Notes: generated by a model not told the origin, from the sequence alone. Counted from the first letter of the stretch, positions 45,648 through 55,546 are shown. The stretch: 64,000 bases of DNA from Actinomycetota bacterium (GCA_030019255.1 JASEFK010000006.1:154553-218552), one strand, 5' to 3'. Numbers and translations: made by a program.

Positions 45648-47051
45648 TCACAGGTCCGTGAAGTCGGGCAGGAAACGGCCGAGCAGGGCGCGCAAACCCC
45701 GAGCCAGGCCAAGGTAGAAACGCGCTCGCTCCTCCCCCACCTCCATAAGGAGGGGAAGGTAGACCCTGGCCAGGGCCAGGATGGCTGGGAGGTTCTCCGC
45801 CACTATGGGAAGCACCCGGGCCATGGCCTCCGCCTTGGGTTCCTGGCCGGACATGAGTAGGTGCACGGCCAGGTCCACAGCCATCTCCTCCAGCTCGCGG
45901 CAGACCACCGGGTCCCCGAGCAGCTCGAAGAGCCTGCGCAGCTGCTCCCCGGCCACGAACTCCTGACCCACCGGGCTCTCCCGGAGCCTCTCCCGGTACC
46001 TCTCCAGGAAGGCCGGGGAGGCGTCGTTTTCCTCCAGCGACTCCGCGGCCACCTCGGCGGCCAGGCGGCCGGAATACATGGCCTGCCACACTCCCTCGGC
46101 GTACAGGGGTTCGGGAAGTCCCGCCGCGTCGCCCACCAGCATGAGGCCACCACAGAGGATGTCCTCCGGCATGCGCTCCATCCAGGTCAGGCAGTGGGCC
46201 TGCCACTCCCGCGGCTCCGCCTCCAGCGCCCGCAGCAGCCGTTGCACGGGAGGGGCGAGGATGGTGTCCAGGAGCTCCCGGGCCGGCTTGGCCCGCCTGC
46301 GCACCGCCCTGGAGATCAGGCTGTTGGTCACCCCGGGTCCTCCCAGGTGAACCCCGTCGGCGTAGGCGATGAGGAAGTTACCCCCCAGCCCGGGACCGAA
46401 GAAGGCATGGAATGCGGCCTCGTGGATGACGCAGTCCATCCTTTCCCGGGGAGCGGCGAAATCGATGATGCAGGTGCTGGTGACCTGGTGCGGTTTCCAC
46501 CTTTCGCGCAGGCCCGCCGCGCGGGCCACCGTGGAGAGAACCCCGTCCGCCCCGATGGTCAGCGGGGCGCGGTATTCCTCCCCTCCTTCCAGGCGCACTC
46601 CCACCACCTTCCCGGCCTCGCGGACCACGCCGGTGACCAGGGAGCGCGTGCGCAGCTCCGCCCCCGCCTTCACCGCCAGGCCCGCCAGGTAGGGATCGAA
46701 CTCCCGCCGCAGCATGCCCACCACGAAGAAGTCGCGGGCCTGGGGATAGGACATGCGCCTGGAGGGACCGGAGGCCAGGACGAACCTCTCCTCCATCTCC
46801 GGGGGTGGGGAGAGGAAGTGGGCCACGCACTCCCGGCCGTAGCGCATGGAAGGAAGTTCCATCTCCCGGATGAAGGGGAAATCCCTCCAGGCCTTGCTGG
46901 AAAGCGCGAAGCCGGAGGCGTTCTTCTCCCCCGGGGTATCCGCCCTCTCCAGCAGGAGGGTCCTCAGGCCCGCTTCCGCCGCCGCCAGGGCAGCCGTGCT
47001 CCCGCCCGGCCCGGCCCCCACCACGATGAGGTCGTAGCTCTTCACCGCCAC
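45648..47051 (-). CDS. fixC: FixC-type FAD-dependent electron-transfer-flavoprotein:quinone oxidoreductase
   Basis: MAVKSYDLIVVGAGPGGSTAALAAAEAGLRTLLLER... FAD Rossmann at the N-terminus. 467 aa. Followed by fixX. Confidence 0.75.
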   Translation of the reverse strand: MAVKSYDLIVVGAGPGGSTAALAAAEAGLRTLLLERADTPGEKNASGFALSSKAWRDFPFIREMELPSMRYGRECVAHFLSPPPEMEERFVLASGPSRRMSYPQARDFFVVGMLRREFDPYLAGLAVKAGAELRTRSLVTGVVREAGKVVGVRLEGGEEYRAPLTIGADGVLSTVARAAGLRERWKPHQVTSTCIIDFAAPRERMDCVIHEAAFHAFFGPGLGGNFLIAYADGVHLGGPGVTNSLISRAVRRRAKPARELLDTILAPPVQRLLRALEAEPREWQAHCLTWMERMPEDILCGGLMLVGDAAGLPEPLYAEGVWQAMYSGRLAAEVAAESLEENDASPAFLERYRERLRESPVGQEFVAGEQLRRLFELLGDPVVCRELEEMAVDLAVHLLMSGQEPKAEAMARVLPIVAENLPAILALARVYLPLLMEVGEERARFYLGLARGLRALLGRFLPDFTDL

Positions 47052-48526
47052 CCCTCTCTTCCCAGCCAGTCCCTTTCCTCCAACAGTCTTTTCAACTCCG
47101 CGGCCTCGCCCTCCTTTATGCCGGAGAGGTCCATTTCCTCCTCGCCCACGTAGAGGTACGCATCCGCGGCTCCCCGCGGGTCCAGCCGGCGCAGTATATC
47201 CTGTTGCCAGCGATTAAAATCCCCCTGCAGGGGTCCCACGACCTTCCGCTGTTGAGGAAAAATGTTCCAGGGCTGGTCGCAGCATTCCCGCAGGGCCTGG
47301 AGGAAGAAGTCCAGGACCAGTCCCCTCGCCGCTTCCTGGTGCCCTTCGTCCCGGGGATCGTAATACCACAGCTCCTCGCTGTGGCCGATGGCGCCGCCTT
47401 CCCAGGCCATGTCCACGCAGGCGTCGCCCATGTCGTCCACGCAGCCGTTCCTTTCTATCCACTTGCGCTTGATGCCCTCGCTCAGGCGATCCCAGGTGAC
47501 GGCACTGTCCCAGGAATCGTTGGGCCCCAGCCCGGACTGCATCTGCCCTCCCGGCCGGAAGGCCAGGCCGGGCACCGCTCCGCTGACTATGCTCCAGGTA
47601 AAGGAGGGGCCGAGGGGGGTGCTGCCCAGGTCCAGGGCGATACCCCCGTACCTTCCGGTCACCGCCCTGGCCACCCCTTCCTTGAACTTCATCTCCTCCA
47701 CCGACTCCGCGGCGATCACCAGCATGATGCCGTGCCGCAGGGCCTGGAGAGCGTCCCTTATCCCGCTTCTCCCTTCCAGTAGCCTGCCCAGGTGGGGGAA
47801 GAGGATGAGGGGCACCACGCCCACGGCCGCCTTCTGCATGTTGTAGTCCACCCCCTCCTGGGCCAGGTCGTAGAAGGCCTCCCCGAAGGACCGGTAGTCC
47901 GGGAAAACCAGGTAGTAGAGCCGGAGCCCGGGTGGCATCTCCATCTCCAGGTCGAAGAAGAGGCCGCGCGGTCGCGGTTGCGGGGGGCCAGGCCAGGGAA
48001 AGAGCTTGAGCGCGCAGGCGGTGAAGATGCCGTTGCCGGAGAGGGCTCCCGCCTTACCCCTCATGATGCCGCGCAGGGAAGGGCCCGGGCCGTCGCCGCA
48101 GAACCACCCGCATCCCGAACCCAGGGTCCCCAGCCTCAGGACCTCGCCGTCGGGGAGCACCCATTCCACTCCCAGGAGATTGCGCGGGCTGTAGGTCCCG
48201 TCGGTCCCCGGTCCGAAGGCGGCACAGGCGCTGGCCAGGGGGGAGACTCCCGCGCCCGCGGAGATCATGTGCACGTTGAGTCCCCGCTTCATGGCCTCGG
48301 CCCTCACCTGGCCGCCGCAGGCGTAGGGCTGCACCACGGCGATCATGTTCTTCTCGTCGATGTCCAGGACGCGGTCCATGCGCCTCAGGTCCACCTGGAC
48401 CACGCCGCCGCCCGACGGTCCGGCCCACGCTCCCCAGCCGGTGGAAAAGGCCTTGAACCTCAAGCCGTGGCGATTACATATCCTTACCACTTCCTGGACC
48501 TCTTCGGTGCACCCGGGAAGGACCAC
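47042..48526 (-). CDS. FAD-linked oxidase (PCMH-type FAD_binding_4; GlcD / D-lactate-dehydrogenase-like); the N-terminus continues upstream across an in-frame TAG
   Basis: ...VVLPGCTEEVQEVVRICNRHGLRFKAFSTGWGAWAGPSGGG... The same frame upstream reads MISGEVYRELVEAVGEENVSREPAVLDGYAFQPTFNDELGL-TAG(48545-48547)-VPRPEA-, which is the canonical N-terminus of this family, from the ATG at 48670. Confidence 0.65.
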   Translation of the reverse strand: MVLPGCTEEVQEVVRICNRHGLRFKAFSTGWGAWAGPSGGGVVQVDLRRMDRVLDIDEKNMIAVVQPYACGGQVRAEAMKRGLNVHMISAGAGVSPLASACAAFGPGTDGTYSPRNLLGVEWVLPDGEVLRLGTLGSGCGWFCGDGPGPSLRGIMRGKAGALSGNGIFTACALKLFPWPGPPQPRPRGLFFDLEMEMPPGLRLYYLVFPDYRSFGEAFYDLAQEGVDYNMQKAAVGVVPLILFPHLGRLLEGRSGIRDALQALRHGIMLVIAAESVEEMKFKEGVARAVTGRYGGIALDLGSTPLGPSFTWSIVSGAVPGLAFRPGGQMQSGLGPNDSWDSAVTWDRLSEGIKRKWIERNGCVDDMGDACVDMAWEGGAIGHSEELWYYDPRDEGHQEAARGLVLDFFLQALRECCDQPWNIFPQQRKVVGPLQGDFNRWQQDILRRLDPRGAADAYLYVGEEEMDLSGIKEGEAAELKRLLEERDWLGREGWR

Positions 48527-48668
48527 CGCCTCCGGCCTGGGTACCTAGAGCCCCAGCTCGTCGTTGAAGGTGGGCTGGAAAGCGTAACCGTCCAGCACCG
48601 CCGGCTCCCGGGAGACGTTTTCCTCCCCCACCGCCTCCACCAGTTCCCGGTAGACCTCCCCGGATATC

Positions 48669-51600
48669 ATGTCCCCTCCCTCGGTCGATAAGGATGCGGG
48701 CACACCTGTCATCCCCCCACGCCTCTGTCATCCCCCACGCCTATTATGGTACGCGTGCGAGCCGCCGGAAACCGGAAAGGGGGTGATCCGCCTGGAGGCG
48801 GGGGGAAAAAACCGGGCCAATCGACTGGTCACGAGCATCGCGGACCTCTGCCGGCGCTTCCCCACGCAGGAGAAATGGCTGCTGGTGCCCGGCTACCGCC
48901 TGGGTTACCAGTGGCTGGAGAACGTGGCCCTGGGAGGGGTTGCGGTGTTCAACCTCCGCCTTTTCACCTTGCCGTCGCTGGCCCTGCGGCTGGCGTCCCG
49001 GGCCATGCAGGACCAGGGGCTACGCTACGTGCAGGGGTTGGAATACGACCTACTGGTGGGGGAGTTGCTCTCCCGCGTCCTCCCGGAAGACGCTTACCTC
49101 CCTCGGGACCGGCTCGAACCCGAGCTGGTGCGGGCAGTGCGCAGGACCCTATCCGACCTCAGGAAAGCAGGCCTGCGCCCGCAGGACCTGGACACCCGGG
49201 CCTTCTCCCCTCCACGGAAGGGACATGAACTCAAGGCCCTGCTCGCCGGGCTGCAGGAGGAGCTTCAACGGCGGAAGCTGGTGGACTACGCCGACGTGCT
49301 GCGGATGGCCCGCCAGGCGCTCCAGCGGGGCAACCACTTTTGGCCCGAAGGGTTGCGCATCGCCGCCCCCGGGGACCTGGAATCGGACCTGGTGGGACTG
49401 GAAAGGAAGCTCTGGGAGAAAATACCAGCTCCCCTGAAGGAGGTCCTCGAGGTGGACCGTCCCGGCTCTCCCGGAGAGGAGGGAAGCGACGTGGCTCTCC
49501 TGGGCTGGCTGGGCAGACCCCACCAGGCTCCTCCTCCCGCGGGGGACGGGGCGGTGCGCATCTTCCGGGCCGTGGGGGAGACCAACGAGGTGCGGGAGGT
49601 CCTCCGCCGCTGTCTCAGGGAGGGGATACCCGCCGACCGCGTGGAGATCCTGCACACCGACTACGGTACCTATGTCCCCCGCGTCTTCGAGCTGTGCTCC
49701 CTTCTCTTCCCGGACCCGGGCGGGGATCCGCCGGCGACCTTCGCCGAGGGGCTTCCCCTGCGCCTCACCCGGCCGGGTCGGGCCCTGCTGGGATGGATAC
49801 GATGGCTCCAGGAGGACCTTTCCCCGCAGCGCCTGGCGGAGCTGGTCCAGGACGGCCTTTTGCACATCACCGCCGAGGGTGAAGATGAAGGCCGCTTCGA
49901 CCGCCTGGCCGCCCTGCTCCGAGCCCTTCCCATCCCGCGGGGGAGGGACGGTTACGACCTCATCCTCCGATCCCCGACCGCGGAAATCCCTCCCCCTCCG
50001 GAAACGGAGGGTGAGAACGGGCCCAGCCCGGCGGCCGCCTTGAGACCCGGACCGGGGGAGATGGAGCTCCTGCGGGGACTGTGCGCCGGTCTCCTCGCCA
50101 CCGTACCCGGGGATCCCTCCGACGCGCCGGGACTGCTCCGGGGAGCCGAGGAACTGCTCTCCCGGTGGGTGCGTGCCCTGGACAAGGCGGACCAGTTCGC
50201 CCTGCACCTTTTGCGGAGACGGGTGCGGGAGTTCCAACTCTCCATCAAGGGTTCCGGTCCGGACTCCCTTCCCGCCCTGGACTGGCTGGAGGACCTGGTC
50301 CGGAGCTCCAGGGTCCTCGGGGAAGGCCCCCGTCCGGGTCGCCTGCACGTGGCTCCCCTGGGAGGCGGCGGTTCCTCGGGAAGGCCGGTGACCTTCATCC
50401 TGGGGCTGGACGACGGCCGTTTCCCGGGTGCAGGACTGCAGGATCCCCTTCTCCTGGACAGCGAGCGGGAAAGCCTGTCCTCCTCGCTGGCCACGGCCGC
50501 GGACAGGCTGGCCGCGTCCCTGGAGGAACTCTCCTCGCTCTTCTCCCGTCTGCGGGGAAAGGTCGCCCTCTCCTTTTCCGGGTACCAGGTGACCGAGGAC
50601 CGCGAGATGTTTCCCTCCCAGGCCCTGGTGACCTCCTTCCGCCTTCTCACCGGGTCCCTTACCGCCACCCAGGAGGACCTTCTCCTCCACCTGGCGGACC
50701 CCGCCTCCTTCGCCGCCCGGGACCCCGAAGACGCCCTCCTCCCCTCCGAGTGGTGGCTCAGCGCCCTGGGCGGATCGCTACACGACCCGGTCCCCGGTAT
50801 CATCCTCCCGGCCCACTTTCCCCACCTGTGGCGGGGGCTCCAGGCCACCCGGGCCCGGTGCGGGGAGAACTTCACCGCCTACGACGGGTACGTGCCGGAG
50901 GCGGGCCGCGACCTGGACCCGGGGGCGGAGGGCGGCCCGGTGGTCTCCGCCAGTCGCCTGGAAACATATGGCAGGTGCCCCCTAGAGTACTTCTTCCGCT
51001 ACGTGCTGGAGGTCACCCCCCCGGAGGAATACGGCGACGACCCGGGGACTTGGCTCTCCCCGCTGGAGAGGGGGAACCTCCTGCACACCGTCTTCCGGAG
51101 GTTCCACCAAGGCTTGTCCGCCGAGGGGCGCAGCCCGAGTACCAAAGGTGATTGGCATATCCTTGAAAATATACTCCGGGAAGAGGTGGCGCGGTGGTGC
51201 CGCATGAAGCCTCCCCCCTCCCCCCGGGCCCTCGAGGAGGAGGTCCGCGAGCTGGAGAGGACGGCGCGCATCTTCCTGCAGGAGGAGGAACTCTGCTGCC
51301 GCGAGAGGGAACCCGTCTACCTGGAGGTGGCCGTAGGCATGGAAAGGGAAGGCCTCGGCAATCCCATAGACCGGGCGGAACCCCTGGAGATCCGTCTCCC
51401 CGGGGGTGAGCGTATCCGGGTGCGCGGCCGCATCGACCGTGTCGACAGGGTACGGGCAAGCACCGCCGACACCTTCCTGGTCTGTGACTACAAGACGGGC
51501 TCCAGCGGTGGTTACGACCCCTCGGATCCCTTCGGCAAGGGAAGGTTCGTCCAGAACTACCTCTACAAGGTCATGGCGGAGGACTGCCTGCGCGGTCTGC

Positions 51601-51911
51601 ACCCGGAAGCCAGGGTCGCCGGTTTCGAGTACTTCTTCCCCGGCACGCGGGCGCACGGTGAACGCATATACTGGGAATCCGACCTCCTCTCCGAGGGTGA
51701 TCGCGTACTCCACGACCTCTACCTCTCCCTGGCCGCGGGCTGCTTCCCGGCCAGCGACGATCCCAACGACATGCGATACAGCGATTTCCTGCCCGCCCTG
51801 GGGGACCCGGACGAGGCGGCGGCGTCCGCCCGAATGAAGCTGGAAAATACCGCCAACCAGATGCTGGAACCCCTGCGAAGGCTGAGGGGGTACGGGGAGG
51901 TGAAACGATGA
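48669..51911 (+). CDS. AddB/RexB-like helicase-nuclease subunit (degenerate helicase-like N-terminus, C-terminal PD-(D/E)xK nuclease)
   Basis: C-terminal nuclease ...RIDRVDRVRASTADTFLVCDYKTGSS.... It is co-oriented with the following AddA-like gene and overlaps it (ATGA at 51908-51911). The first ~38 codons cover a tandem repeat and may be untranslated. An alternative in-frame GTG at 48783 gives (V)IRLEAGGKNRANRL..., resembling the AddB N-terminus. Confidence 0.6.
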   Translation: MSPPSVDKDAGTPVIPPRLCHPPRLLWYACEPPETGKGVIRLEAGGKNRANRLVTSIADLCRRFPTQEKWLLVPGYRLGYQWLENVALGGVAVFNLRLFTLPSLALRLASRAMQDQGLRYVQGLEYDLLVGELLSRVLPEDAYLPRDRLEPELVRAVRRTLSDLRKAGLRPQDLDTRAFSPPRKGHELKALLAGLQEELQRRKLVDYADVLRMARQALQRGNHFWPEGLRIAAPGDLESDLVGLERKLWEKIPAPLKEVLEVDRPGSPGEEGSDVALLGWLGRPHQAPPPAGDGAVRIFRAVGETNEVREVLRRCLREGIPADRVEILHTDYGTYVPRVFELCSLLFPDPGGDPPATFAEGLPLRLTRPGRALLGWIRWLQEDLSPQRLAELVQDGLLHITAEGEDEGRFDRLAALLRALPIPRGRDGYDLILRSPTAEIPPPPETEGENGPSPAAALRPGPGEMELLRGLCAGLLATVPGDPSDAPGLLRGAEELLSRWVRALDKADQFALHLLRRRVREFQLSIKGSGPDSLPALDWLEDLVRSSRVLGEGPRPGRLHVAPLGGGGSSGRPVTFILGLDDGRFPGAGLQDPLLLDSERESLSSSLATAADRLAASLEELSSLFSRLRGKVALSFSGYQVTEDREMFPSQALVTSFRLLTGSLTATQEDLLLHLADPASFAARDPEDALLPSEWWLSALGGSLHDPVPGIILPAHFPHLWRGLQATRARCGENFTAYDGYVPEAGRDLDPGAEGGPVVSASRLETYGRCPLEYFFRYVLEVTPPEEYGDDPGTWLSPLERGNLLHTVFRRFHQGLSAEGRSPSTKGDWHILENILREEVARWCRMKPPPSPRALEEEVRELERTARIFLQEEELCCREREPVYLEVAVGMEREGLGNPIDRAEPLEIRLPGGERIRVRGRIDRVDRVRASTADTFLVCDYKTGSSGGYDPSDPFGKGRFVQNYLYKVMAEDCLRGLHPEARVAGFEYFFPGTRAHGERIYWESDLLSEGDRVLHDLYLSLAAGCFPASDDPNDMRYSDFLPALGDPDEAAASARMKLENTANQMLEPLRRLRGYGEVKR

Positions 51912-54900
51912 AGTTTCCCGAAGGCCACGGGACACGGGCCGAGGTTTCGCCCCCGGACGTGGAGGCACGTTCCCTTATCGTCACCGCCCTGGACAGGAAC
52001 CTACTGGTGGAGGCGGCGGCGGGAACCGGGAAGACCTCGGCCATGATTGCTCGCATGCTGGCCCTGCTGCGCTCCGGCTCCTGCCGCCATGTCCGGCACC
52101 TGGCGGCGGTCACCTTCACCCGCAAGGCGGCGGCGGAGATCCGCGTCCGCTTCCTGTCCGCCCTGGAACAGGCCTGGCGGGAAGCCGAGGACGGGAAGGA
52201 GAGAGAAAGGCTGGAACGTGCCCTGGAGGAAGCGGAGCAGTGCTTCATCGGTACCATCCATTCCTTTTGCGCGCGCATCCTGCGGGAAAGGCCGCTGGAG
52301 GCGGGGTTGGGGCTGGAGTTCCGGGAGATCGACGACCTGGAGGATCGGCTCCTGCGCGAGGAGGCCTGGCGGGAATTCAGTAACCGGCTCTTCCTGGGGG
52401 ATGACCGGGGACTGCTCGCCCGCCTGGAGGAGAAGGGCCTGCAGCTCTCCGACCTCGAGTCTGCTTTCCTCTCCTACGCCGATTTTCCCGACGTGGAGGA
52501 ATGGCCGCGTCCCGAAGACGTCGTGGACCTCGCCATGCTGGAAAGAGTCCGGGAAGGGCTGAGGGATTACCTCCGCCACGTGGAGGAGCTGGCCCCTTAC
52601 CTTCCCCGGGACGCGGAGAGGGACACCCTCATCCCGTTGCTGCGCCGCCTCCCCCGCGTCATCTCCCACTACCGGCTGGAAGAACCGGCGGAGCTCATGG
52701 AGGCGCTGGAACACCTGGACAGGAGCGTCTCCATAGTACAACGGGTGTGGCGGGAAAGGGCCGGCCTCAGCGGGGAGAAAGCCAAGGAGGAGAAAGAGCG
52801 CTGGGAGAGCTTCCGCGACGAGGTGGTCCGGCCCGCCCTTTCCCGGTGGCGGGAATCCCGCTACGCCCTGTGCCTGGAGGTGCTGGAGGCGGCGCGCGGC
52901 GTCTACGACGAGATGCGCAGGGAAAGGAAGCTGCTCAACTTCCAGGACTTGCTGGTGGAGGCGGCCCGCCTGCTGCGGGAAAACCCCGCGGCCAGGAAGG
53001 AGCTCCAGGGACGCTTCACCCACCTCCTGGTGGACGAGTTCCAGGACACCGACCCGGTGCAGGCGGAGATCATCTTCCTGCTCGTTTCCACTGATCCAGA
53101 GGAAAGGGACTGGCGGAAGTGCGTCCCGCGTCCCGGGTCCCTCTTCCTGGTCGGTGATCCCAAGCAGTCCATCTACCGCTTCCGCCGCGCGGACATCTCC
53201 ATCTACAACGAGGTCAAGGAGCTCGTGCAACGAGGTGGAGGACATGTCCTCAACCTGGCCGCCAACTTCCGTTCCCTGCCCGAGATCACGCACTGGGTGA
53301 ACTCCGTCTTTTCGCCGCAGGGAGGCGGGGACCCCGATACGGACGAAGCGGGAGGGTTCCCTTCCCGGGCCACCGAGTTCTCGCCCGCCTACGTGGAACT
53401 GTTCCCCGCCCTCCCGGAAGTCCCGGAGGATGGTTTCCGCGGCATATACCGGCTTACCATCCCGGGGGAACATGGCCGGACCGAGGAGGCCCTCCCCTAT
53501 CTCGCCGATCGTATCGCCCGTTTCATCGCCGGCGCCTGCTCGGGAGGGTTGAAAGTCCTGCGCCGCACCGGCAAGGAGCCTTTCTGGAGCTGCGGTCCCG
53601 CCGAGCCCTCCGACTTCCTGGTCCTCACCTACCAGAAGGGGGACCTCGCCGTCATCGCTGAAAAGCTGCAGGAGCACGGCGTACCTTGCAGGGTCAGCGG
53701 GGGGGAATCCCTGAACCGGGTGCCGGAGCTCCGGCTCCTTCACCTCTGCCTGCGAGCGGTCCTGCGGCCTTATGACTCCCTTGCCCTGCTCGCCGTCCTG
53801 CGCAGCGAGCTCTTCGGGTTCAGCGACGCCCAGCTCTACGCCTTCAAGAAGGCGGGGGGAGTCTTCTCCTACCTGGCTTCCCTCCCCTCCACCCTGGACC
53901 CGGAATTGCGGGAGCTCTTCGGTGACGCCTTCGATCGCCTGGGAGAATACAGGCGCTGGTTTCATCGCCTCCCCCTCCTGTCCGCCCTGGAGAGGATGGT
54001 CGACGACCTCGGCCTGCCGGTCTCCGCCGCGCTGCGACCGGGAGGGGACGTACAGGCGGGAAGCCTGGCCAAGGCCCTGGAGGTGCTGAGGGAGGCCGAG
54101 GAGGAGACCTGGACCACTTCCCGGCTGCTCGACCGCCTGGGGCGCCTGGCGGAAAACCGCGAGAGCTACGATGGGATATCCGCCCTTTCCGAGGAGCCCC
54201 CGGCGGTAAGGGTAATGAACCTGCACAAGGCCAAGGGGCTCGAGGCCCCGGTGGTCTTCCTGGCCGGGGTCCGCGGAGGGGGAAGCACCAGTGTGGAGAG
54301 GCACGTGGATCGATCGCCCGCCGGCACCCGCGGGTACCTGGCCATCCTTCGCGATATCTCCTCTTATAAACGGCAAGTCCTGGCCCACCCCGCGGGCTGG
54401 GAGGAACTGGAAGCCAGGGAGCAACGCTTCCTGGAAGCGGAGGCCCTCCGGCTGAGGTACGTGGCCGCCACCCGCGCCTCCAGTGCCATCGTGATAACGG
54501 TCCGGGAGAGAAACGACGCCAACCATCCCTGGCGACACTTCGCCCCGCACCTCGAGGAAGCTCCCGAACTTCCGGACCTCTCTTCCCCGGAGGGGAAGGA
54601 GGAATCCTCGCCGAAATACCAGGTGCCGCGGGTGGAGGAATTCGTCCTCTCTTCCGCCGCAAGGCGGGAATCTTTCCTCCGTCCCACTTACCAGGTTTTC
54701 GCCGCCGGGGGGCTGGCCCGTACCCCCCAGGGGGAAATCCTACCCGAGACGGGCAAGATGGAGGCGTGGTTGGAACTGGAGGAAAGCCCGCGGTCGCCAT
54801 CTCCTCCCGGCGACACCATCCTATCAGGGCAGGAGAGGACGAGGGCCGATTGCCAGGCCCCCTTGGACACGCCACCATCTCCTGCCAGCGGCAACGCCCC

Positions 54901-55546
54901 ATCAGAAAGCGGGGTTCGGCATCCCCCCTTCTCCCGCGGATCCCCCGACCCCTCGGGCGGGAAAGGGCGAGGCGAGGAGATGAGAACCCGGGACACCGTA
55001 GGAGAATCCTCCCAGAATGGGGAACCCGGCGAGGATGTTCATGGGCCGGACTTCGGGGAGGTGGTCCACCTTCTCCTCCAGGCGGCCGCGGAAGGTCCCC
55101 CCGAGGGCCTGCCCACCCTGGCCACCGCCCTATTGGAGGAGAGAGACCTGGCCCCGGAGCTGGCGCCTGAGGCGCTGCGACTGGTGGAAAGGGTAAGGTC
55201 CTCCTCCCTCTGGGCCCGGGCACTGGCCAGCCGGCAGAGGCTGGTGGAAGTGCCATTCCATTACTTGGAGGAAAAGGCCTTCCCCCTCCCCACCTTGATC
55301 AGGGGCGTAGTGGACCTCGCCTTCCGGGAGGAAGACGGCTGGGTCCTGGTGGATTACAAGACGGACCGGGAGGCCTCACGGGATCCCCTGCGCACGGCAC
55401 GCAGGTATCTCCCCCAGGTCCGCCTTTACGCCTCCGCCTGGGAACGCATGCTCGGGGAAAGGGTTAAGGAGGCCTTCATCTACCTGCTGGAGCCTGACCT
55501 TGTGTATCGCTTAAGGCCCGTGGCGGATGGCCGGGGTGCAGGTTGA
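51908..55546 (+). CDS. addA: AddA/UvrD-family helicase with a C-terminal PD-(D/E)xK nuclease
   Basis: Walker A EAAAGTGKTSAM. Motif II LLVDEFQDTDPVQ. Motif III FLVGDPKQSIYRFRRAD. Motif VI-like VMNLHKAKGLEAPVVFLAG. Nuclease VVDLAFREEDGWVLVDYKTD. 1212 aa. Confidence 0.8.
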   Translation: MKFPEGHGTRAEVSPPDVEARSLIVTALDRNLLVEAAAGTGKTSAMIARMLALLRSGSCRHVRHLAAVTFTRKAAAEIRVRFLSALEQAWREAEDGKERERLERALEEAEQCFIGTIHSFCARILRERPLEAGLGLEFREIDDLEDRLLREEAWREFSNRLFLGDDRGLLARLEEKGLQLSDLESAFLSYADFPDVEEWPRPEDVVDLAMLERVREGLRDYLRHVEELAPYLPRDAERDTLIPLLRRLPRVISHYRLEEPAELMEALEHLDRSVSIVQRVWRERAGLSGEKAKEEKERWESFRDEVVRPALSRWRESRYALCLEVLEAARGVYDEMRRERKLLNFQDLLVEAARLLRENPAARKELQGRFTHLLVDEFQDTDPVQAEIIFLLVSTDPEERDWRKCVPRPGSLFLVGDPKQSIYRFRRADISIYNEVKELVQRGGGHVLNLAANFRSLPEITHWVNSVFSPQGGGDPDTDEAGGFPSRATEFSPAYVELFPALPEVPEDGFRGIYRLTIPGEHGRTEEALPYLADRIARFIAGACSGGLKVLRRTGKEPFWSCGPAEPSDFLVLTYQKGDLAVIAEKLQEHGVPCRVSGGESLNRVPELRLLHLCLRAVLRPYDSLALLAVLRSELFGFSDAQLYAFKKAGGVFSYLASLPSTLDPELRELFGDAFDRLGEYRRWFHRLPLLSALERMVDDLGLPVSAALRPGGDVQAGSLAKALEVLREAEEETWTTSRLLDRLGRLAENRESYDGISALSEEPPAVRVMNLHKAKGLEAPVVFLAGVRGGGSTSVERHVDRSPAGTRGYLAILRDISSYKRQVLAHPAGWEELEAREQRFLEAEALRLRYVAATRASSAIVITVRERNDANHPWRHFAPHLEEAPELPDLSSPEGKEESSPKYQVPRVEEFVLSSAARRESFLRPTYQVFAAGGLARTPQGEILPETGKMEAWLELEESPRSPSPPGDTILSGQERTRADCQAPLDTPPSPASGNAPSESGVRHPPFSRGSPDPSGGKGRGEEMRTRDTVGESSQNGEPGEDVHGPDFGEVVHLLLQAAAEGPPEGLPTLATALLEERDLAPELAPEALRLVERVRSSSLWARALASRQRLVEVPFHYLEEKAFPLPTLIRGVVDLAFREEDGWVLVDYKTDREASRDPLRTARRYLPQVRLYASAWERMLGERVKEAFIYLLEPDLVYRLRPVADGRGAG

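Noticed and set aside
48706-48745. Possible CRISPR or repeat array
   Set aside because: There are only two adjacent ~18-nt units and no spacers. I could find no CRISPR-like repeat-spacer periodicity anywhere in the window.
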